Source: an uncultured virus (IMG/VR IMGVR_UViG_3300042879_001731)
Lineage: Duplodnaviria > Heunggongvirae > Uroviricota > Caudoviricetes
Length of the DNA stretch: 35,579 nt
Virus record (IMG/VR): IMGVR_UViG_3300042879_001731
Reading direction: 5' to 3' (one strand)
Shown here: piece by piece, positions 1 through 10,286 of the stretch
Numbering within the stretch: the first letter of the stretch is position 1
Layout of the letters: every line of letters begins with the position of its first letter
Translations under genes and position numbers: made by a program
Notes under the pieces: generated by a model
What the model was told of the DNA's origin: nothing
The model's database searches: none
Seen by the model: the letters and a program-made list of their open reading frames with translations, nothing else

Positions 1-725
1 TGGACTCCTTGCATTTCCTTAGAGTCCATTATTTGAACTACGTCATTTTCTCCAATAGATACACCTGCATATTGTAATATCTTAATTGCAACTTTTGGCA
101 TGTCACTTAATGGCAATTCAAAATCTTGATAATCTGTGGCAGAAGCAGTAAATAAAGGCTCTCCACCAGATAGAGACACATATGTCCATTTAGGATCTTT
201 TGGATGCCTAACATATGCCATTGTTACATCATCTATAATACTTGAAGGATATACACTTATACTTGCTGTATCAAATGTGTTATAATCATTTAATGTATAT
301 ACTGGATATCTTTCTGTAGGAGCAACAAGATTTGAATTTATTAAATATAATATTTTATTAAATGAAATCTTTTCTATCTCAGTATTATTATTGTATGTTA
401 ATCTTATAGCCTGGTATTGTTTTGGTGTAAGAATATCATTGTCGCCAGGAGCATAGAACTTATTAGATATAGTGTCATATGTCAACGTAATATTTACTAA
501 AAATCTATCTATAACTTCAGCTAGTCTTTCAGGTATATCTGAATATCCTGAATTTTCTAACCTTGCATTTCTTTTATTAAGATGATTACTATAGTTATAA
601 AAATACTGTTCAAATATTTCTAATTGAGCTTGTTTAGCAAATAGGTTAAATTCCTCCGGAGTAACATACCCTCTATTGTCTTTGCTTAATACAGACAATA
701 CAGTATTTCTAACATCGTTAATCAT
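1..725 (-). CDS. Tail ring / tail tubular (head-tail adaptor) protein, truncated at the window edge
   Basis: Manual translation from ATG 725: MINDVRNTVLSVLSKDNRGYVTPEEFNLFAKQAQLEIFEQYF...YVRHPKDPKWTY...DFELP. These motifs resemble crAss-like ring proteins. The gene lies downstream of the capsid operon. Confidence 0.7.
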   Translation of the reverse strand, partial: MINDVRNTVLSVLSKDNRGYVTPEEFNLFAKQAQLEIFEQYFYNYSNHLNKRNARLENSGYSDIPERLAEVIDRFLVNITLTYDTISNKFYAPGDNDILTPKQYQAIRLTYNNNTEIEKISFNKILYLINSNLVAPTERYPVYTLNDYNTFDTASISVYPSSIIDDVTMAYVRHPKDPKWTYVSLSGGEPLFTASATDYQDFELPLSDMPKVAIKILQYAGVSIGENDVVQIMDSKEMQGV

Positions 726-729
726 AATG

Positions 730-737
730 CAAAGATA
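730..737 (-). promoter_or_regulatory. Bacteroidetes -7 promoter element TATCTTTG, 4 nt before ATG 725
   Basis: Matches the TAnnTTTG consensus and follows a terminator. Confidence 0.7.
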
Positions 738-739
738 AT

Positions 740-768
740 AAAAAAGGCACTAACAATTAGTGCCCTTT
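740..768 (-). terminator. Intrinsic terminator
   Basis: GGCACTAA-ttg-TTAGTGCC stem followed by a T-run on the minus strand. Confidence 0.75.
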
Positions 769-794
769 ATTACCATGTTGTTATATATGCAGTA

Positions 795-1415
795 TTAGTT
801 ATATACTCTTATTTCTATCGGAGTATTATATAGTAGTTCATTTAAATTTCCACTAACCAATCCTGTTCTTATATAAACATTTCCAAGTTCAACAAATGTT
901 GAAAATTGATTTGACACACTGCCTGTTTGGTTTATTAATACAAAAGTCTTATTAGAATCAAAATCACCATTTATTACGTATGCACCATTTGATTCATAAT
1001 CATATGTTACATCAAAATCTAAAGTATTCTCCAAAACTGTTGCTACTGGGGTTCCTGTGTTGTAATCTAGCTGTCCATCAATACCCCAACTTGCAGGAGT
1101 AGTGCCTGTAGCAACAAATTTTGTTCCTATATTATTATTAGGTGCACCTACATTTGTGAAATCCCAATTACTACCTGCATTATCAATTATTTCATAAGTA
1201 ACTCCTATTGTTAAATCACCTGTCCCAATACTCATAACATCATCTCCACCACTTTGTGTTAATAAAGCTGCGTAAACCTTATAAGGTCTAGATGCATAAA
1301 TTATGTCCTCAATGGTGCAAATTTCTGTATTTTCATTTATAACTGCAGATTTTGTCTCTGTTAAATTTACAGAAGGTGATGCTCCTATGAATTTTGTTCC
1401 TTGCTTGATTGCCAT
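795..1415 (-). CDS. Putative virion structural protein (likely start MAIKQG at 1415), paralog of 11542..11967
   Basis: Shares KVYxAxLTQSG...PxAxVxxNT...IEIRVY with the 11542 ORF. The upstream extension in the ORF track overlaps a promoter and a terminator. Confidence 0.65.
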   Translation of the reverse strand: MAIKQGTKFIGASPSVNLTETKSAVINENTEICTIEDIIYASRPYKVYAALLTQSGGDDVMSIGTGDLTIGVTYEIIDNAGSNWDFTNVGAPNNNIGTKFVATGTTPASWGIDGQLDYNTGTPVATVLENTLDFDVTYDYESNGAYVINGDFDSNKTFVLINQTGSVSNQFSTFVELGNVYIRTGLVSGNLNELLYNTPIEIRVYN

Positions 1416-1431
1416 ATTTATATTTTTTTTG

Positions 1432-1439
1432 CAAAGATA
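1432..1439 (-). promoter_or_regulatory. TATCTTTG -7 promoter element
   Basis: Consensus match upstream of ATG 1415. Confidence 0.6.
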
Positions 1440-1441
1440 AC

Positions 1442-1471
1442 AAAAAAGGGTCAACAAAATGTCAACCCTTT
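1442..1471 (-). terminator. Intrinsic terminator
   Basis: AGGGTTGACA/TGTTGACCCT stem with G-U pairs, followed by a T-run on the minus strand. Confidence 0.65.
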
Positions 1472-1492
1472 ACTATGGATATATATGAATTA

Positions 1493-2221
1493 TTATGATT
1501 CGTATTCTCTCAATAGAAATTTATATGACTCTTGACCTTCCTCTGTTTTTAACCATGCGGATAGTGCTGTTTCTGGAGTCTCATTCAGTGGAACAGAAAA
1601 CGCACGTTTTCTATTATCTTTTAAGTTAAAATGAACATCTCTTCCATGATTTCTAGTGGCAAAATAGCCATCTTTAAATGCACGAAATGCTATATCTTCA
1701 ATTACTAATTCAGGATCTTCTAAAGAGTCCATAAAGTCTTGAGGATATGCCTCAGCAATATTCATAATTTCCCATTTTAGTTCACTTGATGACATCTTAT
1801 CTGTATTTTTACCTGTAAATACACGAATAACTGAAGCCATTCTATCTGGAGTCAATGATCTAGCTGCAATTTTAGCATCAAGAACAAGATCTTCATTTTT
1901 AAGTTTTTCTTCAGCATCTTTAGCTGGATCCCATTCGAAAAATACATCTCCATTTTCTGGATGCAATTTTAAGAATTCATATAAAACAGGATTCTTATCT
2001 GACACTTGAAGAATTCCATCTTCAAATACAATAGCCTCTAAGATAGCATTATCATCTTGTTCGTCTTGGAATGGAGATGTTTGATTACTTGCGTATCTCA
2101 AGCTTCTATTTCTTCCTGACTTTTCGTCAAAATATAAAAGTCTTTTTGTAGGGGTATCTCTCGATTGTAGAATAAATGATACGGGAGATTTTTTGCTTCT
2201 CAGCATGAACATTCTAGTCAT
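1493..2221 (-). CDS. Hypothetical protein immediately downstream of the major capsid gene
   Basis: 242-aa ORF with an AT-rich start context; position in the head module. Confidence 0.7.
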   Translation of the reverse strand: MTRMFMLRSKKSPVSFILQSRDTPTKRLLYFDEKSGRNRSLRYASNQTSPFQDEQDDNAILEAIVFEDGILQVSDKNPVLYEFLKLHPENGDVFFEWDPAKDAEEKLKNEDLVLDAKIAARSLTPDRMASVIRVFTGKNTDKMSSSELKWEIMNIAEAYPQDFMDSLEDPELVIEDIAFRAFKDGYFATRNHGRDVHFNLKDNRKRAFSVPLNETPETALSAWLKTEEGQESYKFLLREYES

Positions 2222-2240
2222 TTTGATTTGAATTTAAATT

Positions 2241-2271
2241 AAAAATAAGGAGGAGGCCTAAGCCCCCTCCA
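2241..2271 (-). terminator. Terminator after the major capsid gene
   Basis: GGAGGGGGC-ttag-GCCTCCTCC followed by TTATTTTT on the minus strand. Confidence 0.7.
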
Positions 2272-2287
2272 GGTATTTGTTTTTCTA

Positions 2288-3673
2288 TTACTTGAACAAC
2301 ACGAAGTTGTTAGCACCAAGTGTACACAATGCACGCTCAGAAAGGAAGTGTACTTCCATTGCATCCAAGTCGCTAGTTTGTGCGCCACCAGCAGAACCAG
2401 TAATCCAAGTCTTATACTTACGATTTTCGTTAGCAGTCTCGCGGTAACGAACATGCAAGAATGGACGAGTAGTATTCTTACCAAGAACTTGGTCATACAC
2501 GTTAGTAGATCCAGCAGGAACCAATACGCCATTTACAGCACCTCCAACAAGACCTCCGCGAAGAGTAGCATCGTTAAGGTATTTCCAGTCAGACTTGTAG
2601 AAGTCATAACCTCCACGACGGAAACCTGTAAACCCAAGGTTCAATGCCATTTGCTGATCATTGTCAAACAAACCGTAAGAAGTACCACCTAAACCGTAGC
2701 TGTTTTGCGCAGCAAGCATATCGTCAATGCTCAAAGAGAAAGTACGATTAGCGAAGATAGTGTTCTCAGCAATAGCTCCTTGTTTGTCAAGACGTACAAG
2801 AACTGTATCGAAATCAGCAAGAGTTGAAGGAACACCACCGGACCATACGTTACCTCTATCTTCGATAGATGCCAACATACCTTGAGAACCAGATGCAGTT
2901 CCAAGAGCAGCCGCAGCACCTGAACCAGCTTCAGTTGGAACATGCTCTACCATCATCATTTCAAGATAGTCTTCGAAACGTAGACGAGTCTCATGCTTAG
3001 ATTTCAAGTACCAAAGGTATCCTGTTCCATTGTCTCCTTCTACTTCAATCCAACCGATTTGAGCCATGTCAGAACCAGAGATAGCAAATTTATCCTTAAT
3101 GATAACTGGCTTAACTTCGAAGATTTCAGTTTGAGCCTCCAAAGAACCTTGCATTCCGCTAGTTCCTTTTTTGAATTCAGAACCGTAAACGAAAGCAGTA
3201 ACTGTATCATCTTGAGCAAATGGTGATCCAGCTGCTTCATAAAGACCTACTGTAAATTGAAGTCCTGAAACCGCTGTAACAACTCCTTTTGCGCTCAATG
3301 AACCAGAGTTAGCAGATAAAAATACAGTTTGACCTACACGGAAGTTACACTCTGAAATAGATGGATCTCCAACTGTAAAATTAGCTGTATCAGTTCCAAG
3401 AACATCATCAGAATTTACATCGATGTATTTAGTGTGAAGACGACCTTCTTCTGACCATTTGATCAAGTCAGAGTTAGAAGGAATCTCTGCACTCATGTTA
3501 CGAAGGAAAGCTCCGATAGAACGATCTCCATAACGTCCGAATTCTTTCTCCATAGTATCAGGAAGATACTGATTCAAGAAATCGAAATTTGTAAGGTAGT
3601 TGGTAGACAACGTAGCCTTAATTTGACTGGGTTGCAACTGATAAGTTGGTGAACCCGCTAATGAACCTGCCAT
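2288..3673 (-). CDS. Major capsid protein (HK97 fold expected)
   Basis: 461 aa, G/A/S-rich. Follows the portal and an acidic scaffold-like gene and ends in a terminator. C-terminal 'HFLSERALCTLGANNF' resembles capsids of crAss-like and Bacteroidetes phages. Confidence 0.85.
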   Translation of the reverse strand: MAGSLAGSPTYQLQPSQIKATLSTNYLTNFDFLNQYLPDTMEKEFGRYGDRSIGAFLRNMSAEIPSNSDLIKWSEEGRLHTKYIDVNSDDVLGTDTANFTVGDPSISECNFRVGQTVFLSANSGSLSAKGVVTAVSGLQFTVGLYEAAGSPFAQDDTVTAFVYGSEFKKGTSGMQGSLEAQTEIFEVKPVIIKDKFAISGSDMAQIGWIEVEGDNGTGYLWYLKSKHETRLRFEDYLEMMMVEHVPTEAGSGAAAALGTASGSQGMLASIEDRGNVWSGGVPSTLADFDTVLVRLDKQGAIAENTIFANRTFSLSIDDMLAAQNSYGLGGTSYGLFDNDQQMALNLGFTGFRRGGYDFYKSDWKYLNDATLRGGLVGGAVNGVLVPAGSTNVYDQVLGKNTTRPFLHVRYRETANENRKYKTWITGSAGGAQTSDLDAMEVHFLSERALCTLGANNFVLFK

Positions 3674-3695
3674 TTTGTTTTGTTTTTAGTTGTTT

Positions 3696-4805
3696 TTACT
3701 TTTTACTTTTTATTTTATAATCTGTTACCTCAGATTCTAAAGCTCTTACAGAGAACCCCTGCTTTGGTGTTATTGTAGTTGCAGGTCTTCCCATGTCTAA
3801 GTTTTTAGACTCTTCAGCGATGCTTCCTACTCCATCCGATTTGCCTTTATCATAAAAGAATTTAGCAAATTTTTCAGGATTGGATGCGATTGCAATTGCT
3901 CTGTGAAATGTAGCCGCGTCTTTAAGATATCCGTCTTCATTTAAAAATCCTTTTACAAATTTCGCCATGTCTGACTGCTCCTTAAGAGTACTGACATCTG
4001 CTGGCTTATAAACAACCTTATTATCATCTAAATTAAATTCGAAACCTTCGAATCCTTCAGAAAACAACTCATTTGTTTTAGCAACAAAATACTCAGACCT
4101 TTTACGCGTATCCGTTTCAGCTTGAACTGATTGCTCTTTATATTGCTTGAAAGACTCATACTCTTCGTCCACAAATGTCGCAGAATTCTTACTTGACTCA
4201 AGCGGAATTCTATATTGCTCCTTTTGCTTTTCAAAGAACTCTGAAGCCTTTTTAAGCTCTTGTTTCATCGCTAACTTTTTAGACTTGATAGTCTTTTCAT
4301 CATCGTAATCCTCATCGTACATCAACTCATCAATTTTCCATGATACGTCTTCAGTGTCGAATTCTGGATTTGTTATTGAATAATATTCAGCAAGAAGATC
4401 TTTGTCCTTCATTTTACTGTAATCTTTATTCAATTTAACGAAATCCTCAAGGCCACGCCCAGTTTCTTTCTTAAATTTTAAGAAAGCAGCCGCGTCTTCA
4501 GGTAACTCATCGTTAGCTTCTCTTTGCGCAAACAAATCATCCAAAGAATTTATCTCTTTGTTATATCTGTTTCTAATATGTGAAAGAACGTCTTCGTCTT
4601 TTATTTCAAAAGCAAACTGCGATTCCGGTTTACTTGTTTCGTCTTTTACTACCGTCTCTTCAGTTACCTCTTTTGACCCTTCAGAAACAATACTTTCTGC
4701 AATTTCACCGTTAACTTCTTTTTCATGTTTGTCAACGAGTTCTTGCTCTATTTCAACTGCAGACTTCTCTTCGAACTCAACAGCTCTAACCTTAAACTCA
4801 CTCAT
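3696..4805 (-). CDS. Capsid scaffolding/assembly protein
   Basis: 369 aa, highly acidic and probably helical; directly upstream of the capsid gene. Confidence 0.7.
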   Translation of the reverse strand: MSEFKVRAVEFEEKSAVEIEQELVDKHEKEVNGEIAESIVSEGSKEVTEETVVKDETSKPESQFAFEIKDEDVLSHIRNRYNKEINSLDDLFAQREANDELPEDAAAFLKFKKETGRGLEDFVKLNKDYSKMKDKDLLAEYYSITNPEFDTEDVSWKIDELMYDEDYDDEKTIKSKKLAMKQELKKASEFFEKQKEQYRIPLESSKNSATFVDEEYESFKQYKEQSVQAETDTRKRSEYFVAKTNELFSEGFEGFEFNLDDNKVVYKPADVSTLKEQSDMAKFVKGFLNEDGYLKDAATFHRAIAIASNPEKFAKFFYDKGKSDGVGSIAEESKNLDMGRPATTITPKQGFSVRALESEVTDYKIKSKK

Positions 4806-4826
4806 TATATTTAATTTAAATTGTTA

Positions 4827-4834
4827 CAAAATTA
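4827..4834 (-). promoter_or_regulatory. TAATTTTG -7 promoter for the scaffold-capsid operon
   Basis: TAnnTTTG match in the intergenic region. Confidence 0.55.
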
Positions 4835-4950
4835 ACTAAAAAAACAATATGTATGTTTTAATTAAACTTACCTGTTAGTAAGTTACTATTTAGTAAGCTT
4901 TGATTTTTTATATGGATCATCTTTATGCCATTTTACTCATGTAGAACTAT

Positions 4951-5229
4951 TCACCACTTTACGGTATTACTCCAGTATCTAGCAGATAATTTACTAGGAT
5001 TTGGATCTTGAGCATTATGTCTTGCATAATAACTCTTTTTCCTAGCCTTATCTTTTTCTGTTTTAGGATTTTTTCCAGCTCCAACTACTCCTTGCTGGCC
5101 AAATCTGATTGTCTTTACTTTTGAACCTACTTTAGCTACAACAACATGAGATTTAGTAGGATGACTTGGAGTTTTCTTTGGCTTATTATATCCTTCTACT
5201 CCTGCACGAGTAAGTCTTGAGTCTTTCAT
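4951..5229 (-). CDS. Small basic protein
   Basis: 92 aa, K/R-rich, motif IRFGQQG...RKKSYYARH...SARYWS..VKW. Confidence 0.7.
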   Translation of the reverse strand: MKDSRLTRAGVEGYNKPKKTPSHPTKSHVVVAKVGSKVKTIRFGQQGVVGAGKNPKTEKDKARKKSYYARHNAQDPNPSKLSARYWSNTVKW

Positions 5230-5372
5230 TTCTTCTTAGCTGTTTTAGCGGCTTGTTTAAATGCTTTTTCTGTAGGGGCACCTTTAGTTCCTGGCTTTCT
5301 CATTCTTTCTCCAGATCCAGCTTTAATGCGCTCTTGTTTAGCATGTATATTTGCGTACAATCCTTTCTTCAT
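5226..5372 (-). CDS. Small basic protein (48 aa, not in ORF track)
   Basis: MKKGLYANIHAKQERIKAGSGEKMRKPGTKGAPTEKAFKQAAKTAKKK. Starts just after the portal stop and has an ATGA overlap with the next gene. Confidence 0.75.
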   Translation of the reverse strand: MKKGLYANIHAKQERIKAGSGERMRKPGTKGAPTEKAFKQAAKTAKKK

Positions 5373-5373
5373 A

Positions 5374-7797
5374 TTATTTAGGTCCAAATGATTCTAAATC
5401 AAATCCATCTAAAGAATCTTCTGTAGATTCAAAGTTCTTTGCAGGAAGTTGTTTCTGTCTCTGTTCGATAAGTTCTGACTGACGAGTTGCTTGAAGGTCT
5501 ACACGTTTATCTTTGGCCTTCTCTCTATCATTCTCTCTTTTACTTAAACTATCAACATCTATTCCTTTAAGTTGCATGTTATATTGGAATTCAATATCCA
5601 TCAACTGACGCTTTAGTTCTGCCTCAAGTTTCATTTTCTCCATCTCTGCAGCAATCTCAGCTTGTTTAACTTGTGCCTTTACTTGTGCTTCTGCTTGTAC
5701 TTTTTGAATGGCCGCCTCTGCTGCAGATTGTTGAGACATAGCATTATTATTAGCTTGCATCTGAACAATTTGATCTTCTCGTTGTTGCTGAGATGCAAGT
5801 TTTCGTTTACGCTTAACTTTTAATAGTTCGTTAGCTATCTTGATATTTTTAACATTCCTAATGTCAATAGCATCCTCAAGGTCAATCTGATCTCTTTGCA
5901 ATGCTATTTGAATGTTTCTCTCAAGCATTTCTTTTTCATCTTCATCTGGATCCAACTCTATAAAAATTCCAAAATCATGCAAGTATAAGTCCTTTACGTC
6001 TTTTAATATCGCCATATTGTATTTACCAATTTGCATAGCAAACTGTTCTTTATATGGTGAGTATTCAAGAATATCTGAAAGTCTTACAGTTATACATTCA
6101 GAAAGTTTTTTTACGATTGAAAGACTTGCTTCTAATACATGTCTTGTTGCTGTATTGCTATTCAATGCAGCAAGCTTTTGAAGCCCTACTAATGAATCTG
6201 GATTTGGGTTAGACCCATCTCTTGCTTCATTTAACCCTGTCACATCTCTAATCATATTTAGATAGTGATTGTAGCTTCCAATCAAAGACATTATTTTAGA
6301 CTGACCAGAATTTGTTGATAATTCCTGAATAGGAACACGGGCATTATTGAATTCACCATCTCCGGTATATGAACGACCGATTACAGATCCAGTCTGGAAA
6401 TATAATCTTAATGCATCTTCGGGGTTATATGCTGCGCCTGTTCCTAAGTCTACTTCACTTATTCCATCTGCATCAATAAATACACCATCAGGAACAATTC
6501 TAGATTGTACTTGTTGTAGCTTTAAATGTATTAATTGTATTTGATCCGCAAATGGAATCATTCGTTTTACCAATGAGTCAAGCTGTCCTTTATACATACG
6601 TGGAGCATAAAGAACGTAATTAGGAAGGGCCTTATTAGTCGCAGATTTAGGGCGAACCATGTTTTTACACATCTCCCATTTAAGCAAAATATTACTTCCT
6701 GCAACAAGAACTCCTTCGTACCAAACTTCTTTTGAAATATCTAGCCTATCAAAGTATTCATTTTCTTCAGGGTTGAAAGCTTCATCCTTACGAATAACTC
6801 TTTCTCCTCCATTGTCAAGTTTCTTTTTCTTATAAACAAACTTTTTGTCAGTCTTATAATTAAAATATATAAGAGTTACTAATTCATTTGAAAATAAATC
6901 GTCTTGATATTTATATATAACTGGAAACGCACTATACCATGCCGAGCCTTGATCTTTTATTTCTTGAAGCTCTTCATCAGTAATATCAGGCTTTATTTTT
7001 CTTATCTCAGTAAAATGAACTTGTTTTATCTCACCAAAATAATAACAATCAGAAAAATCAGGTTTCTCAGTATAACTCCAAATAAGATTTGCAGGATCTA
7101 CATATTCTACAGATACGCCCTTGCCTTTTACAAATTCATGCTTAACTGCTCCAATTCCTATTTCTGTTTGATCTCTATCTACCATTTTCTTTACAGTAGA
7201 AAAATCATTCATATTTAAAATGGTATCAATAGCAATCTCTTCGGCAATTTCTACAGATGGCTTATACTTTAAATTCATATATAAAGCCAATTCCTCATCG
7301 TTTTCAGGAAGTTCTGATGGATCTACATTGAATGCATTTACACCTAGCTCGTTTTTAGCCTTAAGCAGCAATGGCTTGGCAATCATATCTGCCTCTACCA
7401 TGTCTTGAAATAAATTCTTTTTTTCTGCTGATATAACGTCTTGCGCCTCTGCTTTTATTTTATACAGTCTGTCATGCATTCCATTAACAACTATATCAAC
7501 AAACTTTGGAATGATTGGAACAATTTCCCAGTTGAGATTCATGTATGATAAATCTCCATCAATAGATAACTCATTTTTATATTTAGCTATAGGCTGTTGC
7601 CCTCTAGCGTATAGTCTTAATCTATGAAAATGACCAAACTGATCATAATATCTACAACTTCCTCCTTTTCGTTTGAACCATTCTGCTTCAAGAGCCTTAC
7701 CAACTCTTAAGCCATATTCTTGCGTAGCTTTTTCAGCGTCTGAAGCAAGTTGATTTGGAAAAGCATTATTGCTAATTATAACATTTGGTTTATCCAT
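5374..7797 (-). CDS. Portal protein
   Basis: 807 aa directly after TerL. 'IPKFVDIVVNG' and 'IRDVTGLNEARDG' motifs. Long Q/A/E coiled-coil C-terminus as in P22/crAss-type portals. Confidence 0.85.
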   Translation of the reverse strand: MDKPNVIISNNAFPNQLASDAEKATQEYGLRVGKALEAEWFKRKGGSCRYYDQFGHFHRLRLYARGQQPIAKYKNELSIDGDLSYMNLNWEIVPIIPKFVDIVVNGMHDRLYKIKAEAQDVISAEKKNLFQDMVEADMIAKPLLLKAKNELGVNAFNVDPSELPENDEELALYMNLKYKPSVEIAEEIAIDTILNMNDFSTVKKMVDRDQTEIGIGAVKHEFVKGKGVSVEYVDPANLIWSYTEKPDFSDCYYFGEIKQVHFTEIRKIKPDITDEELQEIKDQGSAWYSAFPVIYKYQDDLFSNELVTLIYFNYKTDKKFVYKKKKLDNGGERVIRKDEAFNPEENEYFDRLDISKEVWYEGVLVAGSNILLKWEMCKNMVRPKSATNKALPNYVLYAPRMYKGQLDSLVKRMIPFADQIQLIHLKLQQVQSRIVPDGVFIDADGISEVDLGTGAAYNPEDALRLYFQTGSVIGRSYTGDGEFNNARVPIQELSTNSGQSKIMSLIGSYNHYLNMIRDVTGLNEARDGSNPNPDSLVGLQKLAALNSNTATRHVLEASLSIVKKLSECITVRLSDILEYSPYKEQFAMQIGKYNMAILKDVKDLYLHDFGIFIELDPDEDEKEMLERNIQIALQRDQIDLEDAIDIRNVKNIKIANELLKVKRKRKLASQQQREDQIVQMQANNNAMSQQSAAEAAIQKVQAEAQVKAQVKQAEIAAEMEKMKLEAELKRQLMDIEFQYNMQLKGIDVDSLSKRENDREKAKDKRVDLQATRQSELIEQRQKQLPAKNFESTEDSLDGFDLESFGPK

Positions 7798-10005
7798 CTA
7801 TCGAATTATCTGACTGCTAGAACCTCTATTGTCGTATCTCGCAAAGTTAATCATAATTTTCGATTTCTTAGGCTCTGTCTTGAACATATGTTTTCGAGTT
7901 GCCATTATAGCGAGACCGGAGCTAATTGAGGCATCAAATTTAGTCCTGTTATTAATATCATATCTAGCCCAATCTTCAAGTGTTCTTATAAAATACATGT
8001 TTCCAATCTCTTCAGAATTTCTATATGTCTCTTCTGAATCAAATCCTACATATTGTTCTATATATGATTCTATACAAGATGCATGGGCTTGCTTTATGTC
8101 TTCAGATGTATTTGGTATTCCTCCTATCTCAAGTTCTGTTTTACTTAATTGATTCAAATGTTTATCAGGTCTATTCATAGCATACCCTCTGTATCCCCTA
8201 TTTTTAAAGTGATACAACATCCTTGCCTTGTTATTTTCAGCTAGTACTGGCATTCCATAAAATATGCATGCCATAAGAACTTCTTCAAAGAATATATCTG
8301 CTGTTTGAGGCCTAGCTACATACTCAAGAAAAAACATATTTGATGGAACATCATTATCAAGTGTAGTCGAAGTCAGTCCATGAAGAGCACCGTTAGATCC
8401 TCCACCTCCAACAACTCCTGATATATCATATGGGTCACATCCAAAAGCACCTAAATCTTCATTTGCAGGATACTTTTTACCGTTCTTCATTATGAATTTA
8501 TTTTGAAGTCTTTCTGGAGGTATCCATGACACAAGGAAACGTCCTCTTGAATCTGGAGTCCATACTACTTGAGTATCTTTCTCCCCGTTTTTCCAATGGA
8601 ATGAACCTCTAGTTAAAACCCTGTCTTTTACAAGAGAATCATTATAGTCTATCTGTTGATATATTTTTGTTAAATTGAACAAGGACTGTTTTGACTCATC
8701 TCTAAATGCATGAGATTCTGTCCTTGGATACTGACGATAGAATTCATTTAATGCATCAGAATCATTCTTTAATGCATCTACTTCATTTTGCCAATATGAA
8801 ACAGCCCCCATTTTTATTTCTCTTCCATCTATTCCCATGGTGGGAACACTTGGATCTTCTATAACTGGATGACCATATTCATCTATAAATCCTTCCATGT
8901 TATATTCCATAGGAATAAACAAAGAATACAGACCGCTTTTAGTCTGTCCATTGGCATTCCTTTTAGTTGGATTTGAATCGTAGTATAAATTCTTAAAATT
9001 ATTACCTCCTTTTGCAAGTGCATTAACAGTAGAACCCATCATACACTTACCTATTATCCTGCTACCAAGGCGAAGACATGTCTTTGTTACACGCCAATTA
9101 TTTAGTATATTGTTTGGAGCTACCCATTTTCCAGCCTCATCCTGGACAAGATTTAATAACTTTTGACCATCATAAGAGTTGTCAGCAGTATTAAGCCAGT
9201 CAATTGTTGTATCAAGACCCAATATTTCATCAGTATCGGTCTCAGACATATTTTTCTTTGTTATCTTCTTAGCTGGAACTCTAAATGACAATTCAGTCTT
9301 AGGGTTGTCCATACCGTCCTGTATGGGCTTGAAGAAGAAAGGATAATTCCTTACAATAGGAACAACCTTATTGATAAACATCTCCTTGGCATCGGCTCCT
9401 GTCTTTGATAGTATGCCCAACTTTGCATCCTTAGATATAGTTCCAATGTTTGCCGTTTCAGATGAGGACATAAATGAGAATCCAGAACGTCTATTTTTTA
9501 AATAACACATTCCAAATGCTCTATCATCAGCTTTACATGCCTCCCAAAAAATAAAAAATATTCTATTTGACTCACGAAAATCAGGCAAGCCTACATCTAT
9601 TTTTGACCATTGCAGATACATATAATGACTGCCTGTGATATAGGTGGGGCATCCATTATTCATAAACCAATAGCCGTTATCTCTATTTTCGAACTCTGCC
9701 TGTATATAATCAACCCATTTTACCTTAAACTCATTAGATTTGGCATTCCATTCAAATATGCTTTTTATTTTCAATAACTCTTGTGGATATTCTTTTGGCC
9801 TCCATCTATTATCTCCTTTTATTATTCCATTTTTAGCAGTTTTTGGCAGCCCTACCTTTAGTCCATTTATATCGTATATATCTCCTAATGTTCCATCTTT
9901 TGATATAACAACAATATCATATTTTTCATTATAGCCATACTTCCACTCTTTATTATTTTTTACAGAGTTAGACACATAATCAGGAAGTATGCTATACAGA
10001 CTCAT
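7798..10005 (-). CDS. terL: Terminase large subunit
   Basis: Walker A-like KNRRSGFS, Walker B LVQDEAGKW, coupling motif GST, nuclease GCDPYD and C-terminal KFDA. Confidence 0.9.
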   Translation of the reverse strand: MSLYSILPDYVSNSVKNNKEWKYGYNEKYDIVVISKDGTLGDIYDINGLKVGLPKTAKNGIIKGDNRWRPKEYPQELLKIKSIFEWNAKSNEFKVKWVDYIQAEFENRDNGYWFMNNGCPTYITGSHYMYLQWSKIDVGLPDFRESNRIFFIFWEACKADDRAFGMCYLKNRRSGFSFMSSSETANIGTISKDAKLGILSKTGADAKEMFINKVVPIVRNYPFFFKPIQDGMDNPKTELSFRVPAKKITKKNMSETDTDEILGLDTTIDWLNTADNSYDGQKLLNLVQDEAGKWVAPNNILNNWRVTKTCLRLGSRIIGKCMMGSTVNALAKGGNNFKNLYYDSNPTKRNANGQTKSGLYSLFIPMEYNMEGFIDEYGHPVIEDPSVPTMGIDGREIKMGAVSYWQNEVDALKNDSDALNEFYRQYPRTESHAFRDESKQSLFNLTKIYQQIDYNDSLVKDRVLTRGSFHWKNGEKDTQVVWTPDSRGRFLVSWIPPERLQNKFIMKNGKKYPANEDLGAFGCDPYDISGVVGGGGSNGALHGLTSTTLDNDVPSNMFFLEYVARPQTADIFFEEVLMACIFYGMPVLAENNKARMLYHFKNRGYRGYAMNRPDKHLNQLSKTELEIGGIPNTSEDIKQAHASCIESYIEQYVGFDSEETYRNSEEIGNMYFIRTLEDWARYDINNRTKFDASISSGLAIMATRKHMFKTEPKKSKIMINFARYDNRGSSSQIIR

Positions 10006-10286
10006 TTCTTTTTCTCTTTAGCCATTGATTCAACAAAACTAACTGGTATCTCCGCAGCCTTTGCCTTTATGCTTGACTTGTCATCAGCATTACTCAATTG
10101 TTCAACTCTTTCAAGCATATATAAAGCATCGTCAAAAGCCAATCTTTTTGCAGCCGCTGCATTCTTCATTTTATCAGCAGATAAAGCATCTTCAGGATTA
10201 GACACAATAGGATCTTTTAGTACTCCTATCAACTCATCTATAGCCTTCATTGCTGCATTTAATATCTCTTGTCGTTTATCAGACAT
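10002..10286 (-). CDS. Small helical protein, candidate terminase small subunit
   Basis: 94 aa, ATGA-coupled to terL; assignment is positional only. Confidence 0.5.
   Translation of the reverse strand: MSDKRQEILNAAMKAIDELIGVLKDPIVSNPEDALSADKMKNAAAAKRLAFDDALYMLERVEQLSNADDKSSIKAKAAEIPVSFVESMAKEKKK

Noticed and set aside
7795..7800. TAG recoding or a TerL-portal readthrough fusion (TAG immediately followed by an in-frame ATG)
   Set aside because: Long genes are intact in code 11, TAG ends other genes normally (18658, 19794), and no suppressor tRNA is seen. This is most likely tight packing.
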